From positions 33,914,001-33,978,000 of the forward strand of contig OX597840.1 in assembly GCA_951406725.2 (NCBI GenBank): a DNA stretch of 64,000 bases, written 5' to 3'. This document shows, in pieces, positions 26,789-40,702 of this stretch (within the stretch, counting starts at the first letter, position 1; each line of letters opens with the position of its first letter). The stretch is from Octopus vulgaris (Eukaryota). Position numbers and translations under genes: made by a program. Under the pieces are notes generated by a model that saw nothing but the letters and a program-made list of their open reading frames with translations, was not told the DNA's origin and did no database searches.

Positions 26789-26990
26789 ACAGGCTTCTTT
26801 CAATTTCCGTCTACCAAATCCACTCACAAGGCATTGGTCGGCCCGGGGCTATAGCAGAAGACACTTGCCCAAGGTGCCATGCAGTGGGACTGAACCCGGA
26901 ACCATGTGGTTGGTTAGCAAGCTACTTACCACACAGCCACTCCTGCGCCTCTTTTATGGTTTAGCAGTCCTTGCATGGAAATTTTTGAAC

Positions 26991-27085
26991 AAATATTACC
27001 CTGAGGAGACTCATATGAATAAATGTGAAGTTTTATAAATTCACTGGTGAATATGAGTTGAAACAAATTGTTGGATTTATATTTG
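26991..27085 (+). ncRNA. Decayed hammerhead ribozyme
   Basis: CC CUGAGGA GACUCAUAU...AUAUGAGUU GAA ACAAAUUGU U^GG; weak stem I. Confidence 0.5.
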
Positions 27086-27466
27086 TGTTAATTATTTGTT
27101 ATATTATATTACATTATATTATATCTTTTTATAGTATAATTATATATTCTAACGTAAATAAATTTTCAATATGTCAATTGTATTCCTCTATTTCCTTTAT
27201 TATTTGTATATGTATACAAATATACCGTAAATCCTCGAGTATAATCTGCATTTTTTTCCCAAAATTTAAAGGTCAAAATCCCTAGTGCGTACTATATACG
27301 AGGTTAAAAATGAAAAATATCTTCTAAGCAATGTCTGAGTCTCTATCTTAAATATATATATATCACCATTGCTTTAATGTCCATTTTTCCATTTTTGCAT
27401 GGAATTTCACTGCCTGCATGTTTTTAAAACTATCGCATAAAGTCATGGCAAAGAGACCAATAACAC

Positions 27467-27525
<59 letters not shown>

Positions 27526-27743
27526 GCACACACATGCACTAGACGTACAACTATCTTAGACAGACATACTTTATACATACACACACATATTACACACACT
27601 CTCAAAGACATTCCACCTATTTTAGATTCGTGTTCTAGAAGACAGAAATTACTGTGACCCTCTCGTTGTGGTGCACCTGAGCACTGTATACAATAATTTC
27701 ATTCTTCTTATTATTATTATTATTGTTATTATGATATACTTAC

Positions 27744-27805
27744 GGATCTCACACTTGTCCCCTTCGAAACCATCGCAACATGATTCAGTCTTCTTGAGTT
27801 CGTGT
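27744..27805 (-). CDS. Exon 3: EMI-like domain, C-part
   Basis: ttttag| HELKKTESCCDGFEGDKCEI |gtaagt; CCxGF motif; phase 2-1. Confidence 0.9.
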
Positions 27806-28813
27806 CTAAAAAATATTGGAAGAAGGACATTCATTGATGAGAAACAAAAAGCCAGACGAGAGCAGCCAAGGGTTAAATAATAATAACCAGACTTAGTGTT
27901 TATTTTTTAATTGTTTCAGTCCTGAGACTGTGGCCACGCTGGGGCACGGCCTTGAAGAATTTTAGTCACACTGATCAACCCTAGTACTTGTTATTTTTTT
28001 GTAAAGCCGGGTATATATTCTATTGGTCTGTTTTGCTGAACTGCTAAGTTACGGAGGCAGTAAACACACACACACACATGCACACACACACATACACACA
28101 GAGGCTGTGAGGTATTTTGAAAATACCCACATATCCACACATATCCAACAGAGTTAAATATTTTGTTGAAGGTGCTTGTTATCCAAACTGTGGCCAACTA
28201 CTTCTAGCAGATCCAACCATGACAACCTCCACTTAATAGGATACATCATAGAGAGTGTGACAATACAGCTTGCTTCATACCGCTGTTCTTGACAGTATGA
28301 AATATGTGGGCTTCTTTCAGTTTCCATCTACCAAATCCATTCACAAAGCTTTCGTCAGGCTGAGACCATAGTAGAAGACAGTTACCCAAGGTGCCACACG
28401 GTGGGACTGAACCCAGAACCATATGGTTGGGACGCAACCACCTAGTGGTTAATATTTTATCAATGCTTTACTATAAATACATATATCTTTATTCTAACAA
28501 AACTTTTTCTTCCTCAAAGGCCCAATCTGCTTCTCTTGTGGTGAAGTGGAAGAAATGCATAAAATAGTTGAGTTCTTCCACCCCAAGACTGCAACCAACT
28601 GGAAAGATCCTACACCATCCATGTTGTTTTGTTTGTTAGTTTGTCTCTGCAAACTTTAATCTACAATATTCTCTTCTTCTATGCACAAGGCACGAAGGTT
28701 TTGGAGATGGGCCAGTAAATTAGATCGACCTCAGTATGCCACTGGTACTTATTTTATCGACCCTGAAAGGATTAAAAGCAAAGTCGACCTCAGCAGAATT
28801 TGAACTCAGAATG

Positions 28814-29228
28814 TGTTATGTCGCACGTTCGGATGACCTCTACTCAATTCTGCTCCCCTACTCTCTTGACGTCTAGGCTTCTCCCTCTATATCTACGTAT
28901 TGGGCTAGCCTACTTCATCGTCTGGGGGGCGTCCACACAACACCTCTCTCCTTTTGAGTTTTTTAAACCCGAATTTATCATTTTCTGTTTGCACGGTGAG
29001 AAACTGTCATATCTTTTTCTCTTAGCGTTGATTTCCATCATTTCTGTAGGTTTTCTCTTCCTGTTCCACCTACATATTGGTTCTGCTTTTGCTTGTGGTT
29101 CTGGGACCTGGAACAAATCATACCATATATCCATTGGTTCCTCTTGCCTCTCTTGACGTCTAGTCTTCTCCCTCTATATCTACGTATTGGGCCAGCCTAC
29201 TTCATCGTCTGGGGGCGTCCACACAACA
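28814..29228 (-). mobile_element. Miniature, internally deleted LTR retroelement
   Basis: TGTT...AACA termini; GAATG 5-bp TSD; 129-bp LTR 28814-28942; partial second LTR about 29149-29228; purine tract AAAAGGAGAGAGG abutting the 3' LTR. Confidence 0.8.
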
Positions 29229-29233
29229 GAATG

Positions 29234-29668
29234 TAAAGAAAGATGAAATACCTATTTCTTTACTACCCACAAGGGGCTAAACACAGAGAGGACAAACAAG
29301 GACAGACAAACGGATTAAGTCGATTACATCGACCCCAGTGCGTAACTGGTACTTATTTAATCGACCCCGAAAGGATGAAAGGCAAAGTCGACATCGGCAG
29401 AATTTGAACTCAGAACGTAACAGCAGACGAAATACCTATTTCTTTACTACCTACAAGGGGCTAAATACAGAGAGGACAAACAATGACAGACAAACGGATT
29501 AAGTCGATTATATCGACCTCAGTGTGTAACTGGTACTTATTTAATCGACCCCAAAAGGATGAAAGGCAAAGTCAACCTGGGCTGAATTTGAACTGAGAAT
29601 GTAACGGCAGACGAAATACCGCTAAGCATTTCGCCCGGCGTGCTAACGTTTCTGCCAGCTCGCCGCCT
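29234..29668 (-). mobile_element. SINE family A multimer
   Basis: Same unit and junction as the 9445 array. Confidence 0.85.
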
Positions 29669-29879
29669 TAATAATATACAGTATTCAAGTTGAATGTCAA
29701 CTGCGTAAATCCCACTTTCCAAAACAGCCTTCAACAGACAGTAGCCTTATCTCACTTCCTCTGCTTTATTTATTAGCAAAGTTATGTTAGCTTGGCATGT
29801 GTCTGACTCTTCCAAAGTTAATAGAATAGAGTTGGGGAGCTTTTCTGCAGACTTTCCCAGATGGCTTGCCTGAGATTCA

Positions 29880-30341
29880 AATCTAAGTAGAGACTTCAAA
29901 CTTGAAATCTTCAAAGCCACAGTCGAACCAATTCTACTATATGGCTCAGAAACCTGGACGTTATCAAAGAAGCTTGAGAGGCGGTTGGATGGAACCTACA
30001 CTCGCCTCCTTATGAGAGCTCAAAATCTCTCGTGGAAGCGCCATCCAACCAAAATGCAAATATATGGGAAACTACCACCTGTGTCATCTCTTGTGAAAGG
30101 TAGGAGAGTCCAGTTTGCTGGACATTGTTGTAGAGCTGAAAACGAGGTAATTTCTACTCTTCTCCTCTGGAAGCCATCTACTCGCAATACCAGAGGGCGC
30201 ACACTCTCCTACCCTGATGTAATCTCCAGGGATACAGGCATCCAGCAACAGGACCTCCGTAATGCCATGATGGACCGTGAAGTCTGGCGTAGCATGGTAA
30301 ATTCCATTGTCTCGACCACGGTCGAACAATGATGATGATGA
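29880..30341 (+). mobile_element. RTE/RTE-X LINE 3' end
   Basis: IFKATVEPILLYGSETWTLSK...RRVQFAGHC...AMMDREVWR* then (GAT)n tail. Confidence 0.88.
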
Positions 30342-31664
30342 TTAAATTTAAGTGTTTAAAAGACGGTTGGTGATAGCTTAGTAGGACTTGAGACTCAGCA
30401 TTACAAGTGAAACGATAATTTCCTAAAGTGTTTTGGAAGAGGAGACAAAGAGAGGATTAAAGTGAGGAGGAGATAAACATACATTAAAGAGCAAAAAAAG
30501 AGAGAAGAGCGAAGATAATATTTAATTGTAATATTAGTAGGAGAGGCAGAAGAGGAAAGAGTTTGATGGTTGATTAGTAGCTGATAAAGCTTAATGGTAG
30601 ATAATGGCCTGTGAAAGGATATAGGATTATAGCTAGACGGTAGAATTGTTGCTGATCACTCGATAGAGTACAATGATAGATCACATGATATAGTTTGATG
30701 AACGATCACGTGTTGGTCAGAGGTTAAAGATAAATGATTGATCCATTGTTGCTATCGTTGAATTGTAATTTTGTGGCTGGTCAGTCATTGTAGATGGTAA
30801 TCAGTGAATGATTAGAGAATAGATTTTGATGGATGATCAGTGGATGATCAGCAGATATCGTTCAATGATTCATTTCTTTATATTTGATGGATGATCTGTG
30901 GATGATCAGCAGATATCGTTCAATGATTGATTAGTGACTAATCATGATCCAGATTGAATATAAAGCTTTAGTCAGTGAAAGTGTTCGAATTTTCCGATGT
31001 CGCAACAATACAGAGTTCAAGTTTCACAGCCATATTGCAAAGCTGAAATGACAATAGCATATATAAACCATACCAAATTCTATGACTGGCACCCGTGCCA
31101 GTGGAGCGCTAACGGCACCATCCAAGCGGGATCACTGCCAGAGCAGCTGTCTGGCTTCCGTGCCGGTGGGCCCGTAAAAAGCACCATTTGAGCGTGATCG
31201 TTACCAGCGTCGCCTAACTGGCACTTGTGCCGGTGGGTAGGAGAACAAAACATTCGAGTGAGGTCGTTGCCAGTGCCGCTAGACTGACTCCTGTGCAAAC
31301 CAAACCCCAAAACGAAATAATATTTTAAAGTTTTATAAAAAAGAAAACGGGAGTGGCTGTGTGGTAAGTAGCTTGGTAACCAGCCACATGGTTCCGGGTT
31401 CAGTCCCACTGCGTGGAATCTTGGGCAAGTCTCTTCTGCTATAGCCCCGGGCCGATCAATGCCTTGTGAGTGTTTAGTAGACGGAAACTGAAAAGAAGCC
31501 CGTCGTATATATGTATGTATATCCGTGACCGTGACCGTGACCGACCAGGCTATCAGATGTTGCTACACATCGCTGGTCACAATGCGCTTAGCATTGTTTT
31601 AGCTTTCAAATGACGCCACCCCGCTGGCTAAGCGAGCAGGCCAATGTATATATATATATATATG

Positions 31665-31752
<88 letters not shown>

Positions 31753-32013
31753 TGTGTCTGTGTTTGTGTCCCTAGCATTGCTTGACAACCGATGCTGGTG
31801 TGTTTACGTCCCCGTCACTTAGCGGTTCGGCAAAAGAGACCGGTAGAATAAGTACTGGGCTTACAAAAAGAATAAGTCCCCGGGGGTCGATTTGCTCCTC
31901 GACTAAAAGGCGGTGCTCCAGCATGGCCGCAGTCAAATGACTGAAACAAGTAAAAGAGAAAAGAGAAAGAGAGAGAGAGAGAGAGAGAGACGTAAAGAAC
32001 TGAAGTGACTTAC

Positions 32014-32211
32014 TTGGTGAAAACGCATAAGGGGCTGGAAGCAGGGAGCTTCTGCCATTGAAGGAGTTTCCTCTGTAACTCAGAAGTGGTGACTTTTGTT
32101 AGTTCCGACGCAGTTCGATTCAGAAAATATCCTTCTAGAACTTTGGTATAGAATTCGGAACATTTGGCTGTTGTAGATTTTTCAATCTTGATGGTATTTT
32201 CGCAAATATGG
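32014..32211 (-). CDS. Exon 2: EMI-like domain, N-part
   Basis: tttcag| HICENTIKIEKSTTAKCSEFYTKVLEGYFLN...SSPLCVFT |gtaagt; 198 nt, phase 2-2. Confidence 0.85.
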
Positions 32212-32736
32212 CTGAAAGAAGAATAGAGAATTTGTTAGAAACTCTGAGTTGATAGACCCCTTTATTTTTTGTAAAAAAAAAGGGTTGGGTGAAAATGCTT
32301 TGAAAATTCAAGTAATAGAACCTTATATTGGTTAAACTTCGTGAAAGGATGAGATTTGCTAAAGAGATACAAAATATTAAACTCTGAGTTCAACAGAAAT
32401 TATCGGTCAGAAATTCTTGATGTCTTCTTTGTTTATATTCTTCCTTAACCGAAGAATCACTCTTTGGCTCACAAAGTTGATTATATTTCCAGTTTAATGC
32501 CAATTGTGATAAATGTTAGACAGAAAGAGCAAGAGAGAAACAAATGCATCTAGTTTACACTAGAAGACAAACCATAAAAGAAAAAACCAAGTGATTTCTC
32601 TCTCACACAACCACTCATTATTAACTATGTCTCAAAGCTGAAATAAGAAAGATAGGAAAATAAACCATTTCCATTCCACAGATTTGGGGCTACTCTCAAC
32701 CAGTGGAAGAACAAAGTGTTGTTTGAACACAGAATA

Positions 32737-33091
32737 CCGTAAATCCTTGAGTATAGTCCACCCTTGAGTATAATACGCAGGGGATTTTTAGGGGGCTGTA
32801 CCTCTGAAAAACTTAAACCTTGTGTATAATACGCACCCCTTCTCTAACTTGTATCAAGGAGGTCTATATAACGTCCTTGGTTTGTAAAAATGTATACAGT
32901 AACGTCCTTTATTATTGCCTTCTTGCCTTCTTTATCTTTGGTATCTGTTTATTTTCATCTTTATTTCTTCTCCACAACCTGACTTTGCTTTCGTCAACAT
33001 CAAATTTTCTTCCGGCGGCCCTACTACCATGCTCTTCAGCATATGATATAACTTCAAGTTTAAACATAGCTGGATAAGATCTACGAGGCAT
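32737..33091 (-). pseudogene. Pogo transposase N-terminus joined to the pogo MITE end
   Basis: MPRRSYPAMFKLEVISYAEEHGSRAAGRKFDVDESKVRLWRR (Brinker-type HTH of pogo/POGK-like transposases); TIR at 32737. Confidence 0.75.
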
Positions 33092-34116
33092 TTTATGGGC
33101 ATGTAAGGTATAAAATGTTTTATTGGAGATTAATGTACAGGTTTAAGTCCCGCTTATAAGAAACCCTAGTAAGACCCACAGTAGTTCAGGCCCAGTCAAT
33201 GAATCCTATCCAGGTTTAGCATGCAGATCAAAAACTTGCGGTCTGTCTGGCTGACCAAATCAAACTTTATAATATCCTTATTTGTTGACTTAATAAATAG
33301 TCTGTCTTGATACGATGCAGTTTGTATAAATCAATGTCAGCACATTCCGGAAGACTACTCATTTATCGGATTCTTCAAACCAATTCCAAAATTTATCCAA
33401 GATTATAATTATAATAATAATAATGATGATGATGATGATGATATACCCTGATGCAGTACCAGGTTAACCCTGGCAGAATTTGAACTCAGAACAACAAGAT
33501 GGACAAAAGACCGCTAAGTATTTTTCCCAGCATGGTAACGATTCTAACAAGAAAACCAACGACAGCAGCCTAAGTACCATGTTTATTTTGTTTAGTAGTG
33601 TGGTTGTGTTAATTGCTCTTGATTACAATATTGATTTTCAACTCCTTGGGAAGCATAAGTCAATGCACCAAATTCTGAGTTTTACAGATAAGTTGCTTTA
33701 AACAACCATTTCCATGGACTTCTCTCACTTTCTGAATAATTAAGTCTTCTTTATTATTCCGGATGGCACATCTGCTGATGTCAGTTTTATCGTTAATATC
33801 AGGAATGTCTTTCTTTAGCCAATTATTTGATTGCTAATTTGTCACAACAGAAGATGTCATAGGGAGAAAAAAATATCAGCTAATAGCGAGATGAGAAGAG
33901 ACAAGCTCTACTTTATTAGGATATAATGGAAACGAGATGAGCGAGGAATCTATCAATACCTCTTTACTCTTTTACTTGTTTCAGTCATTTGACTGCGGCC
34001 ATGCTGGAGCACCGCCTTTTTTAATCGAGCAACTCGACCCCGGGCGGGACTTATTGTTTTTTGTAAGCCCAGTACTTATTCTATCGGTCTCTTTTGCCGA
34101 ACCGCTAAGTAACGGT

Positions 34117-34199
34117 TTTTCCTGATGAGAAGGCGGCATAATGCACCCCTTATTCCTTAGAAATTAGGAATATGCAGCCTTCGAAACATATGTCGAAAA
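34117..34199 (+). ncRNA. Type I hammerhead ribozyme (Penelope-type, long stem II)
   Basis: UUUUC CUGAUGA GAAGGC...GCCUUC GAA ACAUAUGU C^ GAAAA; complete core. Confidence 0.8.
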
Positions 34200-35149
34200 T
34201 AAAGGAATTTTGTTAATTCGTCGTTCAACTCCATTCTTTCATTTATTTGTATTTAAAAAACACACAAATTTCCACACGATAGCACGTGATCTCTGCCCTA
34301 GGCATGTAGCTTCAACCGTGTTTTTCTGACGTGAATTTGCTACCCAGGTATCGGTTAACCGAATTATCCATAATAAGATAATTCATTCGACTACTCAATT
34401 ATTATATATATATACATATATACGACAGGCTTCTTACAGTTTCCGTCTACCAAATCCACTCACAAGGCTCTGGTCGGCCCGAAGCTACAGTAGAAGACAC
34501 TTGCCCAAGATGCCACGCAGTGGGACTGAACCCGGAACCATGTGGTTGGTTAGCAAACTACTTACTACACAGCCACTCCTGCGCAATGAGTCTGTGCATT
34601 ATTTGAGACGGTACTCTCTTTCACTCTTTTACTTGTTTCAGTCATTTGACTGTGGCCATGCTGGAGCACTGCCTTTAGTCGAGCAAATCGACCCCCAGGA
34701 CTTATTCTTTGTAAGCCTAGTAGTTATTCTATCGGTATCTTTTGCCGAACCGCTAAGATACGGGGACGTAAACACACCAGCATCGGTTGTCAAACGATGT
34801 TGGTGGGGACAAACACAGACACATATATATATATATATATATATTTATTGATGGGCTTCTTTTAGTTTCCGTCTACCAAATCTACTCATGGGCTTTGGTC
34901 AGTCTGAGTCTATAGTAGAAGACACTTGCCCAAGGTTCCACGAAGTGGGACTGAACCCGGAACCATGTGGTTTGTAAGCAGTAATGTAGGTTTACTGACA
35001 CAAAGATAGTCCCTTCCAACAATCGAATTATTCCAGATTTAAAATGATTGATTATTGATCATGCAATCAGGGATTGCTATAGTTCTCATTTAACAAAAGG
35101 TAGAACTTTTAAAAAAACAAAAATGCCTTTTCATAGTCATTTGACCTGC

Positions 35150-35182
<33 letters not shown>

Positions 35183-36068
35183 GTCGTCGTCGTCGTTTAA
35201 CGTCCGCTTTCCATGCTGGCATGGGTTGGACGATTTGACTGAGGTCTGGTGAACCAGATGGCTGCACCAGGCTCCACTCTTGATCTGGCAGAGTTTCTAC
35301 AGCTGGATGCCCTTCCTAACGCCAACCACTCCGAGAGTGTAGCGGGTGCTTTTACGTGCCACCGGCACGAGGGCCAGTCAGGCGGTACTGGCAATGGCCA
35401 CGCTCAAATGGTGCATTTTATGTGCCACCTGCACAGGAGCCAATCCAGTGGCACTGGCAATGAATCTTTTTTCACATGCCACCAGCACAAATAGGTATTC
35501 CGTCTGCCGCTACGTTCTGAGTTCAAATTCCGCCGAGGTCGACTTTGCCTTTCATCCTTTCGGGGTCGATAAATTAAGTACCAGTTACGCACTGGGGTCG
35601 ATATAATCGACTTAATCCGTTTGTCTGACCTTGTTTGTCCCCTCTGTGTTTAGCCCCTTGTGGGTAGTAAAGAAATAGGTTACTACGGCACTGGTGTTGT
35701 TGCTAATAGTATACGAGGAGGTACTCAAAAGTGACCGAAAACGTTCACTGTGGGATAAGCTTGTTGTAGTTCAGGCTTCTACTGCTAGAAGTCACTTGAT
35801 GTGACCTTCAGGCATCAGTCTGCCGACCAGCATTGTCCAGTGGGGTCATACTGCCACATGGTACGTTTTTGGTTTGCAGTTCTTCTCCTCTGTCAGTTGT
35901 CAGTTTCTGTAATGGCTGAAATGAAGGGACAGCATTGCTTCCAAGAAATTCTTTTTTCTTATTTCTTTATTACCCACAAGGGGGCTAAACATAGCCCTTT
36001 CTTTGTGTTCTGAGTTCAAAAGCTGCCACGGCCTATTTGAGTGATAGACCCCATCCATTGACCTCATC

Positions 36069-36126
<58 letters not shown>

Positions 36127-36229
36127 TAGTGGTCGTAGTAGTAGACTCGATCTCCATCTCACGCACATACCTTCACAATGTTAAAACACAAGACAACATC
36201 CTCTGCTGCATTTTCTATTATTGCATATG

Positions 36230-37312
36230 CTTCTTTAATACCCACAAGGGAATAAACACATAGTGGGGACAAACAAGGGCAGACAAACGGATTAAGTTGA
36301 TTATATCGACCCCAGTGCGAAACTGGTACTGATTTACTTGACCCCGAAAGGATGAGAGGCAAAGTCGACCTCGGCGGAATTTGAACTTAGAACGTAGCGA
36401 CAGATGAAATATCTATTTCTTTACTACCCACAAGGGGCTAAACACAGAGAAGACAAACAGGGACAGACAAAGGAATTAAGTCAATTACATCGACCCCAGT
36501 GCATAACTGGTACTTATTTAATCGACCCCGAAAGGATGAAAGGCAAAGTCGACATCGGCAGAATTTGAACTCAGACGGAATACCTATTTCTTTACTACCC
36601 ACAAGGGGCTAAACACAGAGAAGACAAACAGGGACAGACAAACGGATTATGTCGATGAGATTGGTACTTAATTTATCGAACCCAAAAGGATTAAAAGCAA
36701 AGTCGACCTCGGTGGAATTTGAACTCAGAACGTAACGGTTTCCATGAAATTCTATTTCAAACAAGGACAGGCAAATGGATTAAGTCGATTGGATCGACCC
36801 AGTGCGTTACTGGTACTTATTTAATCGACCCCGAAAGGATGAAAGGCAAAGTCGACCTCGGCGGAATTTGAACTCAGGACGTAGCGGCAGACGAAATACC
36901 TATTTCTTTATTACCCACAGGGGGCTAAACACAGAGGGGCAAACAAGGACAGACATAGGTATTAAGTCGATTACATCGACCTCAGTGCGTAACTGGTACT
37001 TAATTTATCGACCCCGAAAGGATGAAAGGCAAAGTCGACCTTGGTGGAATTAGAACTCAGGACGTAGCGGCAGACGAAATACCTATTTCTTTATTACCCA
37101 CAAGGGGCTAAACACAGAGGGGACACACAAGGACAGACAAACGGATTAAGTCGATTACATCGACCCCAGTGTGTAACTGGTACTTATTTAATCGACCCCG
37201 AAAGGATGAAAGGTAAAGTCGACCTCGGCGGAATTTGAACTCAGGACGTAGCGGCAGACGAAATACCGCTAAGCATTTCGTCCGACGTGCTAACGACTCT
37301 GTCAGCTCGCCG
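36230..37312 (-). mobile_element. SINE family A multimer (about 6 units)
   Basis: Tandem bodies, single head at about 37312. Confidence 0.87.
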
Positions 37313-38206
37313 GCAGTGTCTTAGTTACATCACATCACTAATAACAACAAATTTCAAAATAACAACAACAAAATCTCTCCGACTTTCTGCTTTTGCGTCA
37401 GCAATCCATCACCTTCCAGAGAGGTTTTGTTATTCTTCAAATCGTTGGCTATTTTCTTTGAATGAAGTAAAAACAGGAAGCAGAGAGATTTGTTTCTTTA
37501 TATTTGTCATAAATAACAGTTTGAGGTTTTTAAAACTGCGGTCCAGGCCAGTCGTTACTTGTGTCTAAGAAGATGTTTGTAAGATTAGGCCGATAAAATC
37601 AGTTTTTCTACTGCTGGCATACTCATTACATACAGATAGCCGGAATAATCATTGGATCTAATAGACCTTAAATGGTAACATCTGGATTCTTGAGGTTTAT
37701 GGGATGGGATGTGTGGTTGGTCGGTTGGTTGGCTGGTTGCTGGAAGGGTTACAGTAGGCAGTAATTATGCAAGAGGCAAACATGTTATATTGCTCCAACA
37801 TTTACCTAGAAACGACATTTTATATCTTACAATGGCAAATATATACGCATATATACAAATACACAGATGCACACCCATACAAAACACACACACACACATT
37901 TTGCTCCACAATCAGAGATTGTAAACGCATGTTTATTGTATAAAGATGCATCGACTGAAGTAACAATCAGTGTAGATCTGTACATAATCTTGTCCTGGTG
38001 TTATATATACAGTATGCGTTACAAATTATATTATAGGTGCAGGCATGACTGTGTGGTAAGAAGGTTGCTTCCCATCCACATGGTTCTGGGTTCAGTCCCA
38101 CTGCATGGCACCTTGGGCAAGTGTCTTCTGCTATAGCCTCAACCAAAGCCTCGTGAGTGGATTTGACAGACGGAAAGTGAAAAAAAACCTGTCATTATAC
38201 ATACAG

Positions 38207-38292
<86 letters not shown>

Positions 38293-38467
38293 TGGCAGGG
38301 CTTACTGCTAGGGAGTCGGCCGTATGCTAGAAATAGACCATCAACGATCAAACTACAAGGAAATTCTCTATATTAGAATTTTCTCTAACTTCTCAGATTT
38401 TTTGTATGCTGGACTACTGGTTTTAAATTGATATTAAAATTAATATTAATTTATCTCCCTCATTATT

Positions 38468-38534
<67 letters not shown>

Positions 38535-38777
38535 CAAATAAGAAAATGGAGGAACAGAATCCTTTCAATCATCAACTTACAGATATTACCAATTCATATA
38601 ATTTATTAACTACTTAAATAGGAACATCCAAATCCAACAGAGTAAAACAGAATAAAACAATATACATCAATAAGTAAGATAATACCATAAAAATAATACA
38701 CATAAAATGGGTCTTACAGCTGTTTCAGCCTAACTGGTATCCCATAATGGGTTACACTCATAACCCTTATCTCACTT

Positions 38778-38823
<46 letters not shown>

Positions 38824-39135
38824 AAAAAGGGTGAAATATAATTAATTTTATAAAATTAATAAATTTCACCTAGTAGATTTTTCGGTATGGAAAAGGACCA
38901 TATTTGGTAAGAATTATATTAATTATAATAAAGGGTTAATTGCAACAAGTTGCTCAAAACCACATACCGAAAATATTAGAAATAGCAGCCAAATAGATCA
39001 CTATTTCTCCTACTAATTAAAACGTCTCCACAAACAAACAGAATTTGTAACCCGTATATGTTAAAGGGAAAGAAAATAACGAAATCCCACCCTATTTGAG
39101 GAACTTGTTGCAATTAACCCTTTATTATAATTAAT

Positions 39136-39234
<99 letters not shown>

Positions 39235-40396
39235 TATATTATATTATATTATATTATATTATATTATATTATATTATATTGTATCATATTATATTATATT
39301 ATATCATATTATGTTATCATATTATTTGTGTGTTTGTGTATGTATTTATGTATGTGTGTCTGTATTTGTGTCCCTACCATCGCTTGACAGCTGATGCTGG
39401 TGTGTTTATGTCTCCATAACTTAGCAGTTCAGTAAAAGAGGCCGAAGTTCTGGGATCGATTTCTTCAGCTAAAACCCAGAACCATGTGGTTGGGAAACAA
39501 ACTGCTCACCACACAGCCACTATGTATGGTATTTTTATTCTGTTTATTACATTAAAAAAGTGTACCTTTTGGCACAGATTTCGATAGGCGCAGGAGTGGG
39601 TGTGTGGTAAGTAGCTTGCTAACCAACCACATGGTTCCGGGTTCAGTCCCACTGCGTGGCATCTTGGGCGAGTGTCTTCTGCTATAGCCCCGGGCCGACC
39701 AATGCCTTGTGAGTGGATTTGGTAGACGGAAACTGAAAGAAGCACGCCTTATATATATGTATATGTATATATATATATGTATGTGTGTGTGTATGTGTTT
39801 GTGTGTCTGTGTTTGTCCCCCTAGCATTGCTTGACAACCGATGCTGCTGTGTTTACGTCCCCGTCACCTAGCGGTTCGGCAAAAGAGACCGATAGAATAA
39901 GTACTAGGCTTACAAAGAATAAGTCCTAGGGTCGATTTGCTCGACTAAAAAGGCAGTGCTCCAGCATGGCCACAGTCAAATGACTGAAACAAGTAAAAGA
40001 GTAAAAGAGTAAAAGAGTAAAGAGAGAGAGAGAGTAAAGTTATGCATTTCTAGGTTAAAACACAATATTTTTAACCAAATAAATGTTAAACCAACGTCCG
40101 TTTCATAGTCTCTTAGTATAGAATGCTATTATGAAGCCACTCACTTTATGGCAATGCATGTATTTGTTTGTTATTCACCTGTCACTACATCTTTAGTATA
40201 ATTTTAAGAAGTGATTGGAAAAGATAGAGCCGAAGTAGATTGGAAGCCAGTCTATAGGGGAAGCCATCTGTACCTTACCAGAGAATTTGATATGAATGTA
40301 TTATAAACAAGAGCACTCAGAGAGCACAAACCTCCACCAAGGCAACACCAACGTCCTCTCAATGATTAGCCGGAGATGATCTTTAAAATGAAAATA

Positions 40397-40702
40397 TCTT
40401 TATATATAAATCTGAAGTTGTGTGAGAGTCTGTCTCCTCCGATTTAGATTCCTAACTACTCCCACATTTTGCGGTTCAGTTTACCCAAAAGCGGGTATCT
40501 TATAGTCGTGATTCATATCGAGCCCTTCTGGGTATTAGCGCGCGTCTACGATGAGTCTACGATTTAAAAATAAAATTTACCATCATTTTTTCGTTTTTTT
40601 AATGTATTTTTTGCTCGGTTTATATAAGGGAAGTAACTCTCTAAAAATGCTTATATAGTTATTTCCCTTACAAACCCGAGCAACGCCGGGCATTACTGCT
40701 AG
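40397..40702 (+). mobile_element. Non-autonomous Helitron nested in a HINE-like element
   Basis: Host AATA|TCTGAAAT split by TC...CCCG-hairpin-CTAG. Confidence 0.85.

Noticed and set aside
33660-33835. Short open minus-strand frame (NWLKKDIPDINDK...)
   Set aside because: No recognisable domain and no donor compatible with exon 2; not needed for the gene model
37375-37470. Possible extra exon in intron 1 (KIANDLKNNKTSLEGDGL)
   Set aside because: No convincing splice sites or Cys pattern; resembles a LINE LKNNKxxGxDG remnant; exons 1 and 2 already join in phase
38710-38745. GAAACAGCTGTA hammerhead 3' half on the minus strand
   Set aside because: No CUGANGA half nearby; not callable as a ribozyme
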